64,000 bases of DNA from Mobula hypostoma (taxonomy: Eukaryota), in contig NC_086108.1 of the NCBI RefSeq assembly GCF_963921235.1, positions 20,150,001 to 20,214,000 on the forward strand. Reading direction: 5' to 3'. The notes beneath the pieces were generated by a model. It did no database searches, was not told where the DNA came from, and worked only from the letters and a program-made list of their open reading frames with translations. A program made the position numbers and the translations under genes. Each line of letters begins with the position of its first letter. Positions within the stretch are counted from its first letter, which is position 1. Shown piece after piece: positions 1 to 10,830 of the stretch.

Positions 1-438
1 GGGGTACTTTGTGGGCCAGGTTAAAAATCTCGGCCCTATAAATTTTCGGCACTACCACCTGGTGTACAACTTCCCACTCCTCATCTGCGGGCACAGTACG
101 TGGTCTCCATTTCCTCATTAGTACTCCCTCCTTTACATAATAGCCGACTGGTTCCATTTTCAATTCTGCGTCAGAGAGAGCTGTCTCTGCCAAACCCATC
201 AGCTCCTCGTCTCACTTTTGTGCCTGTTATAAAGTCCTTCCTGGCTAATGCTAAGTCTGCCTCAGCCCCCTCACCTCCTCTTGTTCCACCACGCTCCTCC
301 TTTTCACTTTCTACTCCCTCCTCGTACAAGGCTGGCAGAAACGTCTCAGCTAGCTGTATCTCAGCCTTTGCAGCCTTCCTCGACATCCGTCGAGTTATTG
401 CGCAAACGGGGTAAACCTGCGAGTCCATGAGCGGGGCC

Positions 439-2073
439 TCAATGCTGACTTGTCAATCTCACGGCTGGGAACACGATTCCCCCCGCGAGGTCATTACCGA
501 GCAAGACTTCCATGCCTTTCATCGGTAATTCGGACCTCACCCCGCTCGTGACTAGTCCAGAGACCAGGTTGCTTTGTAAGTGTATCTGGTGCAAAGGCAC
601 GGCTTCCGTCCCTTTTCCAATGCCTTTGATCACGCTGACCTCCCCAGTCTCGGTCTCTGAACTAAAGTCTAAAACGCTCCTCGAGATCAGTGACTGACAC
701 GCTCCTGTGTCTCTCCAGATCCGTACTGGAACTGGGTTTAACCCCTCCTTCACCGACACCAATCCGGCAGAGATAAACCTCTCGTGCCCTTCCTGAACCT
801 TATCCGACCTCCCCTCTCCTGGAGGTTGGTTTGCCGGCTCAATACAGCCAGCCGGAACCCTCGTTTTTCCTTTTCCCGTCTCCTTCTTTGGGGCAAAGCA
901 CCTGGACGCAAAGTGTCCGACTTTCCCACAATTATAACAGACGATCCCAGGAGACTTCCTACCAGACTGCTCCCAGTCTACCTTATCCTTCTCACTAGTC
1001 CCCCGCTTACTTTCTGACTTTTCCGGCGGACTCTCCCCGCCGTCCTGACGTCCCTTCTGGTAGCCTTTACTCGGGGCAAACTTCATTTTATGCGTCAACG
1101 CATACTCATCCGCTAACTTAGCAGTTGCGGCTAACGTGGCTGCCTCTTTCTCATCGAGGTAGGGCCTCATACCCTCAGGGACACAACCTTTAAACTGCTC
1201 AATCAGGATCAACTGTAGCAGTCTGTCATAATCCCCCTCTACCCCCTTTGAGGCGCACCAACGCTCACAATATGTCTGCATCTCACGGGCAAACTCCAAA
1301 TACGTGCGGTCCCACTGCTTCCTCGCATTCCGGAACCTCTGCCGGTATGCCTCCGGGACCAACTCATAAATCCTGAGGATGGCCTCTTTCACCACCTCAT
1401 ACCTCTGGGCATCTTCCGCGGACAAAGCTGAGTAAGCCTCTTGGGCCTTCCCTTTCAGTACACTCTGAAGTAAAACAACCCACTTATCCCTCGGCCAGTC
1501 CTGACTTGTAGCCACTTTTTCGAAATGGAGAAAGTACCGATCCACGTCAGTATCGTCAAATGGGGGAACCAGCCTAACCTCCTGGGTCGCCCGGAACCCT
1601 CCACCTTGGTTCGGCACGAGCCCCTGCTCTGCCCTTATCTTTAACTTCTCCAGCTCGAATTCCCTTTCCCTCTGTTTCTCCTCTCGCTCCAGCTGTCTCT
1701 CTCTCTCCTGCCTTTCTAACTCTCTCTTTTTCTCCTGCCTTTCTAACTCTCTCTCTTTCTCCCGCCTTTCTAACTGCTTCTCTTCGTGTTCTAACTGTCG
1801 TACCCGGAACTCGTGCTCGAGTCGCAGTTTTTCAAGCTGTACCTGTACCGCGTCTCCGGCAGGTTTTTCAATAGACACCACCTCCAGCTCGCCTTGGGGA
1901 AACACACCTTTAGATACATAGTGCTCTACGATAGCTCTGTGTATCTCCTCTCTCCTCATTGTCGACTTCCCCTTAGCAAGATTCAACCGTTTGGCCACAG
2001 CTACCGATTCCGATTTCCTGGCATCCTCTAATGCCTCCAAGGTCAGCGCCTTTATAATTTCCTCAGCCTCCAT
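439..2073 (-). CDS. Gag-protease (544 aa): coiled coil, SCAN-like capsid domain, CCHC zinc knuckle, aspartic protease; frame disrupted near 430-440
   Basis: Motifs VPEAYRQRFR (SCAN-like), CYNCGKVGHFASRC and RDTGACQS. The typical post-protease motif YPVCAITRRMS continues in another frame (ORF 171-428). Confidence 0.88.
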   Translation of the reverse strand: MEAEEIIKALTLEALEDARKSESVAVAKRLNLAKGKSTMRREEIHRAIVEHYVSKGVFPQGELEVVSIEKPAGDAVQVQLEKLRLEHEFRVRQLEHEEKQLERREKERELERQEKKRELERQERERQLEREEKQREREFELEKLKIRAEQGLVPNQGGGFRATQEVRLVPPFDDTDVDRYFLHFEKVATSQDWPRDKWVVLLQSVLKGKAQEAYSALSAEDAQRYEVVKEAILRIYELVPEAYRQRFRNARKQWDRTYLEFAREMQTYCERWCASKGVEGDYDRLLQLILIEQFKGCVPEGMRPYLDEKEAATLAATAKLADEYALTHKMKFAPSKGYQKGRQDGGESPPEKSESKRGTSEKDKVDWEQSGRKSPGIVCYNCGKVGHFASRCFAPKKETGKGKTRVPAGCIEPANQPPGEGRSDKVQEGHERFISAGLVSVKEGLNPVPVRIWRDTGACQSLISRSVLDFSSETETGEVSVIKGIGKGTEAVPLHQIHLQSNLVSGLVTSGVRSELPMKGMEVLLGNDLAGGIVFPAVRLTSQH

Positions 2074-2142
2074 TTCTGCTGTTTGTCTTCTCTTTCTTTC
2101 AGGAATTTTGACCCAATCAATTTACTCCGTCCCAAATTTAGC

Positions 2143-2168
2143 GTTCAAAATCGTGGATGAGAACCCCA
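2143..2168 (-). promoter_or_regulatory. Primer binding site, tRNA-Pro-like (degenerate)
   Basis: TGGGGTTCTCATCCACGATTTTGAAC versus the complement of the tRNA-Pro 3' end, TGGGGGCTCGTCCGGGATTTGAAC. Confidence 0.75.
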
Positions 2169-2172
2169 CTTA

Positions 2173-3032
2173 TGTTACGTACCCCGTAACTGGGTTGCCA
2201 AACCAACAGAAATGGATCACTCAGTTGGAGTCTGGATTACTAGAACTAAGAAAGTTTTATTAAAGAAACAAGCAACACAGTCCTCTAATCAAAAGGATAA
2301 TAAATGCAACAGTTCAGCAATGATAAACACACATGTACACAGAATTAAGATAACAGGATTAATCAAGCTCTATCGTTGTCTAGGGGTAAATGACCAGTTT
2401 CAAAGTGATGCAAAGTTCAGTTCAGTTCGCAGTAATCGCTGCCGTGGCGATGGATAGTGGGGGGGGGGGGGAGGAGAGAGAGAGCAAAATGAATGAATAT
2501 TCAAGGTTTCCAGACAGACCTTCGCAGTCAGCTTTCGGGCGAGTCCTTTGTGATGTCATCTGAGGTCACCGACCGTAACCCCTCCGTTTCCAGATACGAT
2601 CGTTTCCCTGCGCTGAACCTGGCACCCAGGCAAGGGTGGACACACACCAGGTTCCCGCTGATCGTACCTTTCCACCCTGTGCGTTTACGGCCCGGTACTT
2701 CCCACCGACTTGTGAGAGATGCACCGCTTCCAGGGTCTTGTTACCTCGGGTGTCGTGTGTGTCGCCCTAGCGAACCTGTTCCTTTTTATCCCTCTGCTGG
2801 GGTATCGCCTGTCCATCACTTCAAACAGTTCAGGGTTCAAAGGGGGAACCGCTTTTGACAGCTCTCTCCTTCTGTTATTCTCTCTCCCGTCCCTTCATTA
2901 CACATCTCCAAGTGCTGCTACATTGTTTTCCTTATCTCTCTCTCTCCTGAAGACAGGTGGCAGACCAACTGCTGATCCCACCGCTGCCAGCACAGGACAG
3001 CTACATCTTAATCTATGTGTATTCTTGTCACA
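2173..3032 (-). repeat. 5' LTR (~860 bp)
   Basis: Minus strand starts TGTGAC and ends GTAACA (TG..CA with short inverted ends), has an AATAAA near the 3' end, and is followed 4 nt later by the PBS. Confidence 0.85.
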
Positions 3033-3530
3033 CAATCCATGCTGAGTTCTCCCTATCTTGTCATATGCCTCCAGGTATTCTGTAACCTCATCCTTGACAA
3101 TCGACTCCAACAAATTCCCAACCACCGATGTTAAGCTAACAGGTCTATAATTTCCTTCTGGCTTCCTTGCCCCCTTCTTAAATAGCGAGTGACATTTGCA
3201 ATCTTCCAGTCCTCCGGAACCATGCCAGAATCTATCGACTTTTGAAAGATCATCGCTAATGCCTCCGCAATCTCCACAGCTACTTCCTTCAGAACATGAG
3301 GGTGCATTCCATCTGGTCCAGGAGATTTATCTACCTTTAGCCTATTCAGCTTCCTGAGTACTGTCTCTGTCGTAATTGTGACTGCGCACACTTCTCTTCC
3401 CTGCCACCCTTGAGTGTCCGGTATACTGCTGTCTTCCTCAGTGAAGTCTGATGCAAAATACTTGTTCAGTTCCTCTGCCATCTCCTCATCTCCCATTACA
3501 ATTTCTCCAGCATCATTTTCTATCGGTAGG
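3033..3530 (-). mobile_element. CR1 LINE fragment, subfamily C (5'-truncated; target of the Gypsy insertion)
   Basis: Nearly identical to 35642-36137. KSPGPDGMHP RT-proximal motif. Confidence 0.9.
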
Positions 3531-3674
3531 TTAATGTTGTAGGTTTCAATGAGATCCCCACACATTCTTCTAAATTCCAGTGAGTACAGGCCTAAACCTG
3601 CCAAACACTCCTCATATGTTGACTGCCTTATTCCCAGAACCATCCTTGTGAACCTCCTCTGGACTTTCTCCAAT

Positions 3675-3856
3675 GGGTTGGCGTGTGGCCAAGTGGTTAA
3701 GGCGTTGGACTAGTGATCTGAAGGTCACGAGTTCAAGCCTCAGCTGAGGCAGCGTATTGTGTCCTTGAGCAAGGCACTTAGCCACACATTGCTCCTGCAC
3801 ATTTATAGCCCAGCGGCGGTGGTTAATGCAGTATGGACAAGACAAGACAAGACAAG
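3675..3856 (+). mobile_element. tRNA-derived CORE-like SINE with (GACAA)n tail
   Basis: Box A TGGCCAAGTGG, box B GAGTTCAAGCC, core GTGTCCTTGAGCAAGGCACTT, tail GACAA x4. Confidence 0.85.
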
Positions 3857-4400
3857 TATGAAACTTTGTCTTTAATAATGGACTTCAACATTTTTCCAAA
3901 CACTGAGGTTAGGTTAGCTGGCCTATAATTTCCTCTCTTTTGTCTTCCTCCCTTCTTAAAGAGCGGAGTGACATTTGGAATTTTCCAGTCCCCCAGGACC
4001 ATGCCAGAAACAAGTGATACTTGAAAGATCATGCTTCAGCAACCTCTTTCAGGACTCTGGGATGTGGTCCATCTGGTCCAGGCGATTTATCCACCTTAAG
4101 ACGTTTCAGTTTGCCTAGCACTTTTTCCTTTGTAATGGCAATGGCACTCACTCCTGCTCCCCCAACACTCCTGGACCTCTGGCACACTGCTAGTGTCTTC
4201 CACAGTGAAGACTGAAGTAAAGTACTTATTAAGTTCATCAGTCATTTATTTGTCCCCCATTACCACCTCACCAGCATCTTTTCCAGTGGTCCAATATCAA
4301 CTCTCACCTCCCTTTTATTCTTTATATAACTGAGAAAACTTTTAGTGTCCTGCTTTATATTACTGGCTAGTTTGCCCTCATATTTCATCTTTTGCCTTCT

Positions 4401-6898
4401 TATAGATTATGAAGACACACGATCCTCTTTTATTGTCATTTAGTAATGCATGCATTAAGAAATAAAACGATATTTCCTCTGGTGTGATATCACAAAACAC
4501 AGGACAGACCAAGACTGAAAAAACTAACAAAACCGCATAATTATAACATATAGTTACAACAGTGCAACAATACCATAACTTGATGAAGAAGTCCATGAGC
4601 ACAGTGAAAGTTCAAAGTCTCTCAAATGTCCCACATCTTACGCAGACGGGAGAAGGAAGAAAAACTCTCCCTGCCATGCCCGACTACAATCCGTCTCTGA
4701 GTCATCCGAAAACTTCAAGCCTCTGAATCAACTCTCTGATACCGAGTACTGAGCGCCATCTCTGTCCGAATGATTCGACCTCAATCTCGGTCGCCAACAG
4801 CAGGGAAAGCTGGGGATCTTGAGGCCTACCTTCCGGAAGATTCCCGACCATGCAGTAACGACAGCAGCGAACGAGCGTTTCAGAAATTTCTCTAGATGTT
4901 CCTCTGTACTTTCACGTCCCTCTCCATCAAATCAGAATTGTCCATGGCCCCTATTTAATGGATACAATATCATTTTTCACCGGATGGCAAAAAGAAGACA
5001 TGAGGTTGCCTTGGCAGTCAAAGTGAAGGATAATCCAAAGAGCTTTTACAAGTATATTAAGAGCAAAAGGATTGTAAGGGATAAAATTGGTCCTCTTGAA
5101 GATCAGAGTGGTCGGCTTTGTGCGGAACCAAAGGAAATGGGGGAGATCTTAAATAGGTTTTTTGCGTCTGTATTTACTAAGGAAGCTGGCATGAAATCTA
5201 TGGAATTGAGGGAATCAAGTAGTGAGACCATGGAAACTGTACAGATTGAAAAGGAGGAGGTGCTTGCTGTCTTGAGGAAAATTAAAGTGGATAAATCCCC
5301 GGGACCTGACAGAGTGTTCCCTCGGACCTTGAAGGAGACTAGTGTTGAAATTGCGGGGGCCCTGGCAGAAATATTTAAAATGTCGCTGTCTACGGGTGAA
5401 GTGCCGGAGGATTGGAGAGTGGCTCATTTTGTTCTGTTGTTTAAAAAAGGATCGAAAAGTAATCCGGGAAATTATAGGCCGGTGAGTTTAACGTCAGTAG
5501 TACGTAAGTTATTGGAGGGAGTACTAAGAGACAGAAACTACAAGCATTTGGATAGACAGGGGCTTATTAGGGAGAGTCAACATGGCTTTGTGCGTGGTAG
5601 GTCATGTTTGACCAATCTGTTGGAGTTTTTCAAGGAGGTTACCAGGAAAGTGGATGAAGGGAAGGCAGTGGATGTTGTCTACACGGACTTCAGTAAGGCC
5701 TTTGACAAGGTCCCGCATGGGAAGTTAGTTAGGAAAATCCAGTCACTAGGTATACATGGAGAGGTGGTAAATTGGATTAGACATTGGCTCAATGGAAGAA
5801 GCCAGAGAGTGGTGGTAGAGAATTGCTTCTCCTAGTGGAGGCCTGTGACTAGTGGTGTGCCACAGGGATCAGTGCTGGGTCCATTGTTATTTGTCATCTA
5901 TATCAATGATCTGGATGATAATGTGGTAAATTAGATCAGCAAATTTGCTGATGATACAAAGATTGGAGGTGTAGTAGACAGTGAGGAAGGTTTTCAGAGC
6001 CTGCAGAGGGACTTGGACCAGCTGGAAAAATGGGCTGAAAAATGGCAGATGGAGTTTAATACTGACAAGTGTGAGGTATTCCACGTTGGAAGGACAAACC
6101 AAAGTAGAACATACAGGGTTAATGGTAAGGCACTGAGGAGTGCAGTGGAACAGAGGGACCTGGGAATACAGATACAAAATTCCCTAAAGGTGTCGTCACA
6201 GGTAGATAGGGTCGTAAAGAGAGCTTTTGGTACATTGGCCTTTATTAATTGAAGTATTGAGTATAAGAGCTGGAATGTTATGATGAGGTTGTATAAGGTA
6301 TTGGTGAGGCCGAATGTGGAGTATTGTGTTCAGTTTTGGTCACCAAATTACAGGAAGGATATAAATAAGGTTGAAAGAGTGCAGAGAAGGTTTACAAGGA
6401 TGTTGCCGGGACTTAAGAAACTCAGTTACAGAGAAAGGTTGAATAGGTTAGGACTTTATTCCCTGGAGCGTAGAAGAATGAGGGGAGATTTGATAGAGGT
6501 ATATAAAATTATGATGGGTATAGATAGAGTGAATGCAAGCAGGCTTTTTCCACTGAGGCAAGGAGAGAAAAAAACCAGAGGACATGGGTTAAAGGTGAGG
6601 GGGGAAAAATTTAAAGGGAACATTGGGGGGGCTTCTTCACACAGAGAGTGGTGGGAGTGTGGAATGAGCTGCCAGACGAGGTGGTAAATGCGGATTCTTT
6701 TTTAACATTTAAGAATAAATTGGACAGATACATGGATGGGAGGTGTATGGAGGGATATGGTCCATGTACAGGTCAGTGGGACTAGGCAGAAAATGGTTCG
6801 GCACAGCCAAGAAGGGCCAAAAGGCCTGTTTCTGTGCTGTAGTTTCTATGGTTCTATGGCTGCACACGCACGGCGCGCTGCTATCACCTCCTCCCGCC
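4401..6898 (-). mobile_element. Non-coding ~620-bp non-autonomous retroposon 'X', copy 1 (4401-4988 + 6861-6898), interrupted by a CR1
   Basis: Collinear with 58361-59310. 5' end GGCGGGAGGAG; 3' end ATGACAATAAAAGAGG...TCATAATCTA. Confidence 0.8.
4989..6855 (+). mobile_element. CR1 LINE subfamily A, 5'-truncated, ORF2 with in-frame stops; TSD ATGGC
   Basis: RT motifs QHGFVRGRSC, DFSKAFD and FADD; TTCTATGG tail; ATGGC at 4984-4988 and 6856-6860. Confidence 0.92.
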
Positions 6899-8032
6899 TT
6901 TTAGCTTTTATAGCTTTTTTAGTTGCCTTTTGTTGGATTTAAAAAGCTTCCCACTCATTTTTGCTCCCTTATATGTCCTTTCCTTGGCTTTTATGTAGTC
7001 CTTAACTTCCCTTGTCAGCCTATCCCTGCCATTTGAGAACTTCTTCAGTGGGACTCACCTATCCTGTGCCTTGTGAACTATTCCCAGAAACTTCAGCCAT
7101 CTCTGTTCTGCCACCATCCCCACCAGTATCCCACTCCAATCCATTAGGGCAAGCTCCTCTCTCATGGCTCTGTAACTCCCTCTATTCCATTGCGATAGCG
7201 ATAAGTGTGATTTATGCTTATCCCCCTCTAACTGCAGTATGAATTCAATCAAATTATGATCACTGCTTCCTAAAGGTTCCTTTATATTAAGCTGACTAAT
7301 AAAATTTGGGTTATCATACAACACCCAACCTAAAATAGCCTTTCCCGTAGTAGGCTCAAGCACAATATGCTCTAAAAAGCCATCTCATAGGCATTCATCA
7401 AATTCCCTCTTGCAATCTGACACCAGCCTGATTTTCTCAATCCCCTTGGTTATTGAGAATCTCATTACAATTGTGACATTATTCTCATTACATGCCCTTT
7501 CCAGCTCCCTTTGCAATCTCAACCCCACATCTTGGTCACTATTTGGAGACCTATACATGACTCCCATAATGGAATTTTCTTTTACCCTTGCAGTTTCTTA
7601 AGTGCATCCACAAAGATCTGACATCCTCTGACCCTATGTCACCTCTTTCTAAAGATGTATTTCCATCTCTTATAAACAGAGCCACACCACCACCTATGCC
7701 TTCCTGCCTCTCCTTTCGATACAAAGTATATCCTTTGATGTTAAACTCCCATCTATGACCTTCTTTCAGCCACAACTTAGTGATGTCCACAACATCATAC
7801 CGACCAATCTCTAACTGTGCCACGAGTTCATCCACCTTACTCTGAATACTACATGCATTTAAATAGAGCACCTTCAAACCTACATTCTTTGCCCTTTTGA
7901 ATCTTTTTTCTGTGGTACATCTTAGCTCTCTGCTCTGTCTGCATTTGTGCCCAGTCATTGGCTTGTCCTTCCTTACATTCATATAACACCCATCATCTAC
8001 TTGTAAACCTGCTGGCTCATCCTCAGCTCTGT

Positions 8033-10830
8033 CATAGAAACATAGAAAATAGGTGCAGGAGTAGGCCATTCGGCACTTCGAGCCTGCACCATCATTTATT
8101 ATGATCATGGCTGATCATCCAACTCAGAACCCTGCACCAGCCTTCCCTCCATACCCCCTGATCCCTGTAGCCACAAGGGCTATATCTAACTCCCTCTTAA
8201 ATATAGCCAATGAACTGGCCTCAACTGTTTCCTGTGGCAGAGAATTCCACAGATTCACCACTCTCTGTGTGAAGAAGTTTTTCCTAATCTTGGTCCTAAA
8301 AGGCTTCCCCTTTATCCTCAAACTGTGACCCCTCGTTCTGGACTTCCCCAACATCGGGAACAATCTTCCTGCATCTAGCCTGTCCAATCCCTTTAGGATT
8401 TTATACGTTTCAATCAGATCCCCCCTCAATCTTCTAAATTCCAACGAGTACAAGCCCAGTTCATCCAGTTTTTCTTCATATGAAAGTCCTACCATCCCAG
8501 GAATCAATCTAGTGAACCTTCTTTGTACTCCCTCTATGGCAAGGATGTCTTTCCTCAGATTAGGGGACCAAAACTGCACACAATACTCCAGGTGTGGTCT
8601 CACCAAGGCCTTGTACAACTGCAGTAGTACCTCCCTGCTCCTGTACTCGAATCCTCTCGCTATAAATGCCAGCATACCATTTGCCTTTTTCACCGCCTGC
8701 TGTACCTGCATGCCCACTTTCAATGACTGGTGTATAATGATACCCAGGTCTCGTTGCACCTCCCCTTTTCCTAATCGGCCACTATTCAGATAATAATCTG
8801 TTTTCCTATTTTTGCCACCAAAGTGGATAACTTCACATTTATCCACATTAAATTGCATCTGCCATGAATTTGCCCACTCACCCAACCTATCCAAATCACT
8901 CTGCATCCTCTTAGCATCCTCCTCACAGCTAACACTGCCACCCAGCTTCGTGTCATCCGCAAACTTGGAGATGCTGCATTTAATTCCCTCATCCAAGTCA
9001 TTAATATATATTGTAAACAACTGGGGTCCCAGCACTGAGCCTTGCGGTACCCCACTAGTCACTGCCTGCCATTCTGAAAAGGTCCCGTTTATTCCCACTC
9101 TTTGCTTCCTGTCTGCTAACCAATTCTCTATCCACATCAATACCTTACCCCCAATACCGTGTGCTTTAGGTTTGCACACTAATCTCCTGTGTGAGACCTT
9201 GTCAAAAGCCTTTTGAAAATCCAAATATACCACATCCACTGGTTCTCCCCTATCCACTCTACTAGTTACATCCTCAAAAAATTCTATGAGATTCGTCAGA
9301 CATGATTTTCCTTTCACAAATCCATGCTGACTTTGTCCGATGATTTCACCGCTTTCCAAATGTGCTGTTATCACACCTTTGATAACTGACTCCAGCAGTT
9401 TCCCCACCACCGACGTTAGGCTAACCGGTCTATAATTCCCCGGTTTCTCTCTCCCTCCTTTTTTAAAAAGTGGGGTTACATTAGCCACCCTCCAATCCTC
9501 AGGAACTAGTCCAGAATCTAACGAGTTTTGAAAAATTATCACTAATGCATCCACTATTTCTTGGGCTACTTCCATAAGCACTCTGGGATGCAGACCATCT
9601 GGCCCTGGGGATTTATCTGGCTTCAATCCCTTCAATTTACCTAACACCACTTCCCTACTAACAAGTATTTCGCTCAGTTCCTCCATCTCACTGGACCCTC
9701 TGTCCCCTACTATTTCTGGAAGATTATTTATGTCCTCCTTAGTGAAGACAGAACCAAAGTAATTATTCAATTGGTCTGCCATGTCCTTGCTCCCCATAAT
9801 CAATTCATCTGTTTCTGTCTGTAGAGGACCTACATTTGTCTTTACCAGTCTTTTCCTTTTTACGTATCTATAAAAGCTTTTACAGTCAGTTTTTATGTTC
9901 CCTGCCAGTTTTCTCTCATAATTTTTTTCCCCTTCCTAATTAGGCCCTTTGTCCTCCTCTGCTGAACTCTGAATTTCTCCCAGTCCTCAGGTGAGCCACT
10001 TTCTCTGGCTAATTTGTATGCTTCTTCTTTGGAATTGATATTATCCCTAATTTCTCTTGTCAGCCACGGGTGCACTACCTTCATTGATTTATTCTTTTGC
10101 CAAACTGGGATGAACAATTGTTGTAGTTCATCCATGCAATCTTTAAATGCTTGCCATTGCATATCCACCGTCAATCCTTTAAGTGTCATTTGCCAGTCTA
10201 TCTTAGCTAATTCACGCCTCATACCTTCAAAGTTACCCCTCTTTAAGTTCAGAACCTTTGTTTCTGAATTAACTATGTCACTCTCCATCTTAATGAAGAA
10301 TTCCTCCATATTATGGTCACTCTTACCCAAGGGGCCTCTCACGACAAGATTGCTAATTAACCGTTCTTCATTGCTCAAAACCCAGTCCAGAATAGCCTGC
10401 TCTCTAGTTGGTTCCTCGACATGTTGGTTCAAAAAATCGTCCCGCATACATTCCAAGAAATCCTCTTCCTCAGCACCTTTACCAATTTGGTTCACCCAAT
10501 CTACATGTAGATTGAAGTCACCCATTATAACTGCTGTTCCTTTATTGCACACATTTCTAATTTCCTGTTTAATACCATCTCCAACCTCACTACTACTGTT
10601 AGGTGGCCTGTACACCACTCCCACCAGCGTTTTCTGCCCCTTAGTGTTATGCAGCTCTACCCATATCGATTCCACATCATCCCGGCTTATGTCCTTCCTT
10701 TCTATTGCATTAATCTCCTCTTTAACCAGCAACGCCACCCCACCTCCTTTCCTTTCATGTCTATCCCTCCTGAATATTGAATATCCCTGAACGTTGAGCT
10801 CCCATCCTTGGTCACCCTGGAGCCATGTCA
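8033..10830 (-). mobile_element. Young CR1 LINE subfamily B, 5'-truncated; ORF2 (APE endonuclease 9893-10831, RT 8124-9803) broken by one frameshift
   Basis: GDFN and SDH endonuclease motifs, [10 protein letters not shown] and FADD RT motifs, (TTTCTATG)n tail; near-identical to 32180-34967. Confidence 0.95.

Larger units (their letters stand above)
1..3032 (-). mobile_element. Gmr1-like Ty3/Gypsy LTR retrotransposon, 5' part (runs off window start), inserted into a CR1
   Basis: LTR 2173-3032, PBS, and gag-pro ORF 439-2073 with SCAN-like capsid, CCHC knuckle and DTG protease. CR1 sequence resumes at 3033. Confidence 0.9.

Noticed and set aside
439..2073. Host SCAN zinc-finger gene
   Set aside because: No C2H2 array; it has a CCHC knuckle, protease, PBS and LTR.
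2459..2484. G-run and GA microsatellite
   Set aside because: Low-complexity tract inside the LTR; no independent evidence of function.
3131..3673. 180-aa ORF with permuted CR1 motif order
   Set aside because: Junction of two CR1 fragments at ~3530.
3675..3750. tRNA gene (also ~25836-25910)
   Set aside because: No complete cloverleaf or terminator found; continues into SINE core and tail.
4819..5835. 338-aa ORF with a novel N-terminus fused to RT
   Set aside because: Chance read-through from element X (antisense) into a truncated CR1 at 4989.
10014..10790. Long antisense ORFs repeated at 32405-32986 and 19959-20642
   Set aside because: Reverse-frame shadows of CR1 ORF2; they recur because the element is repeated.
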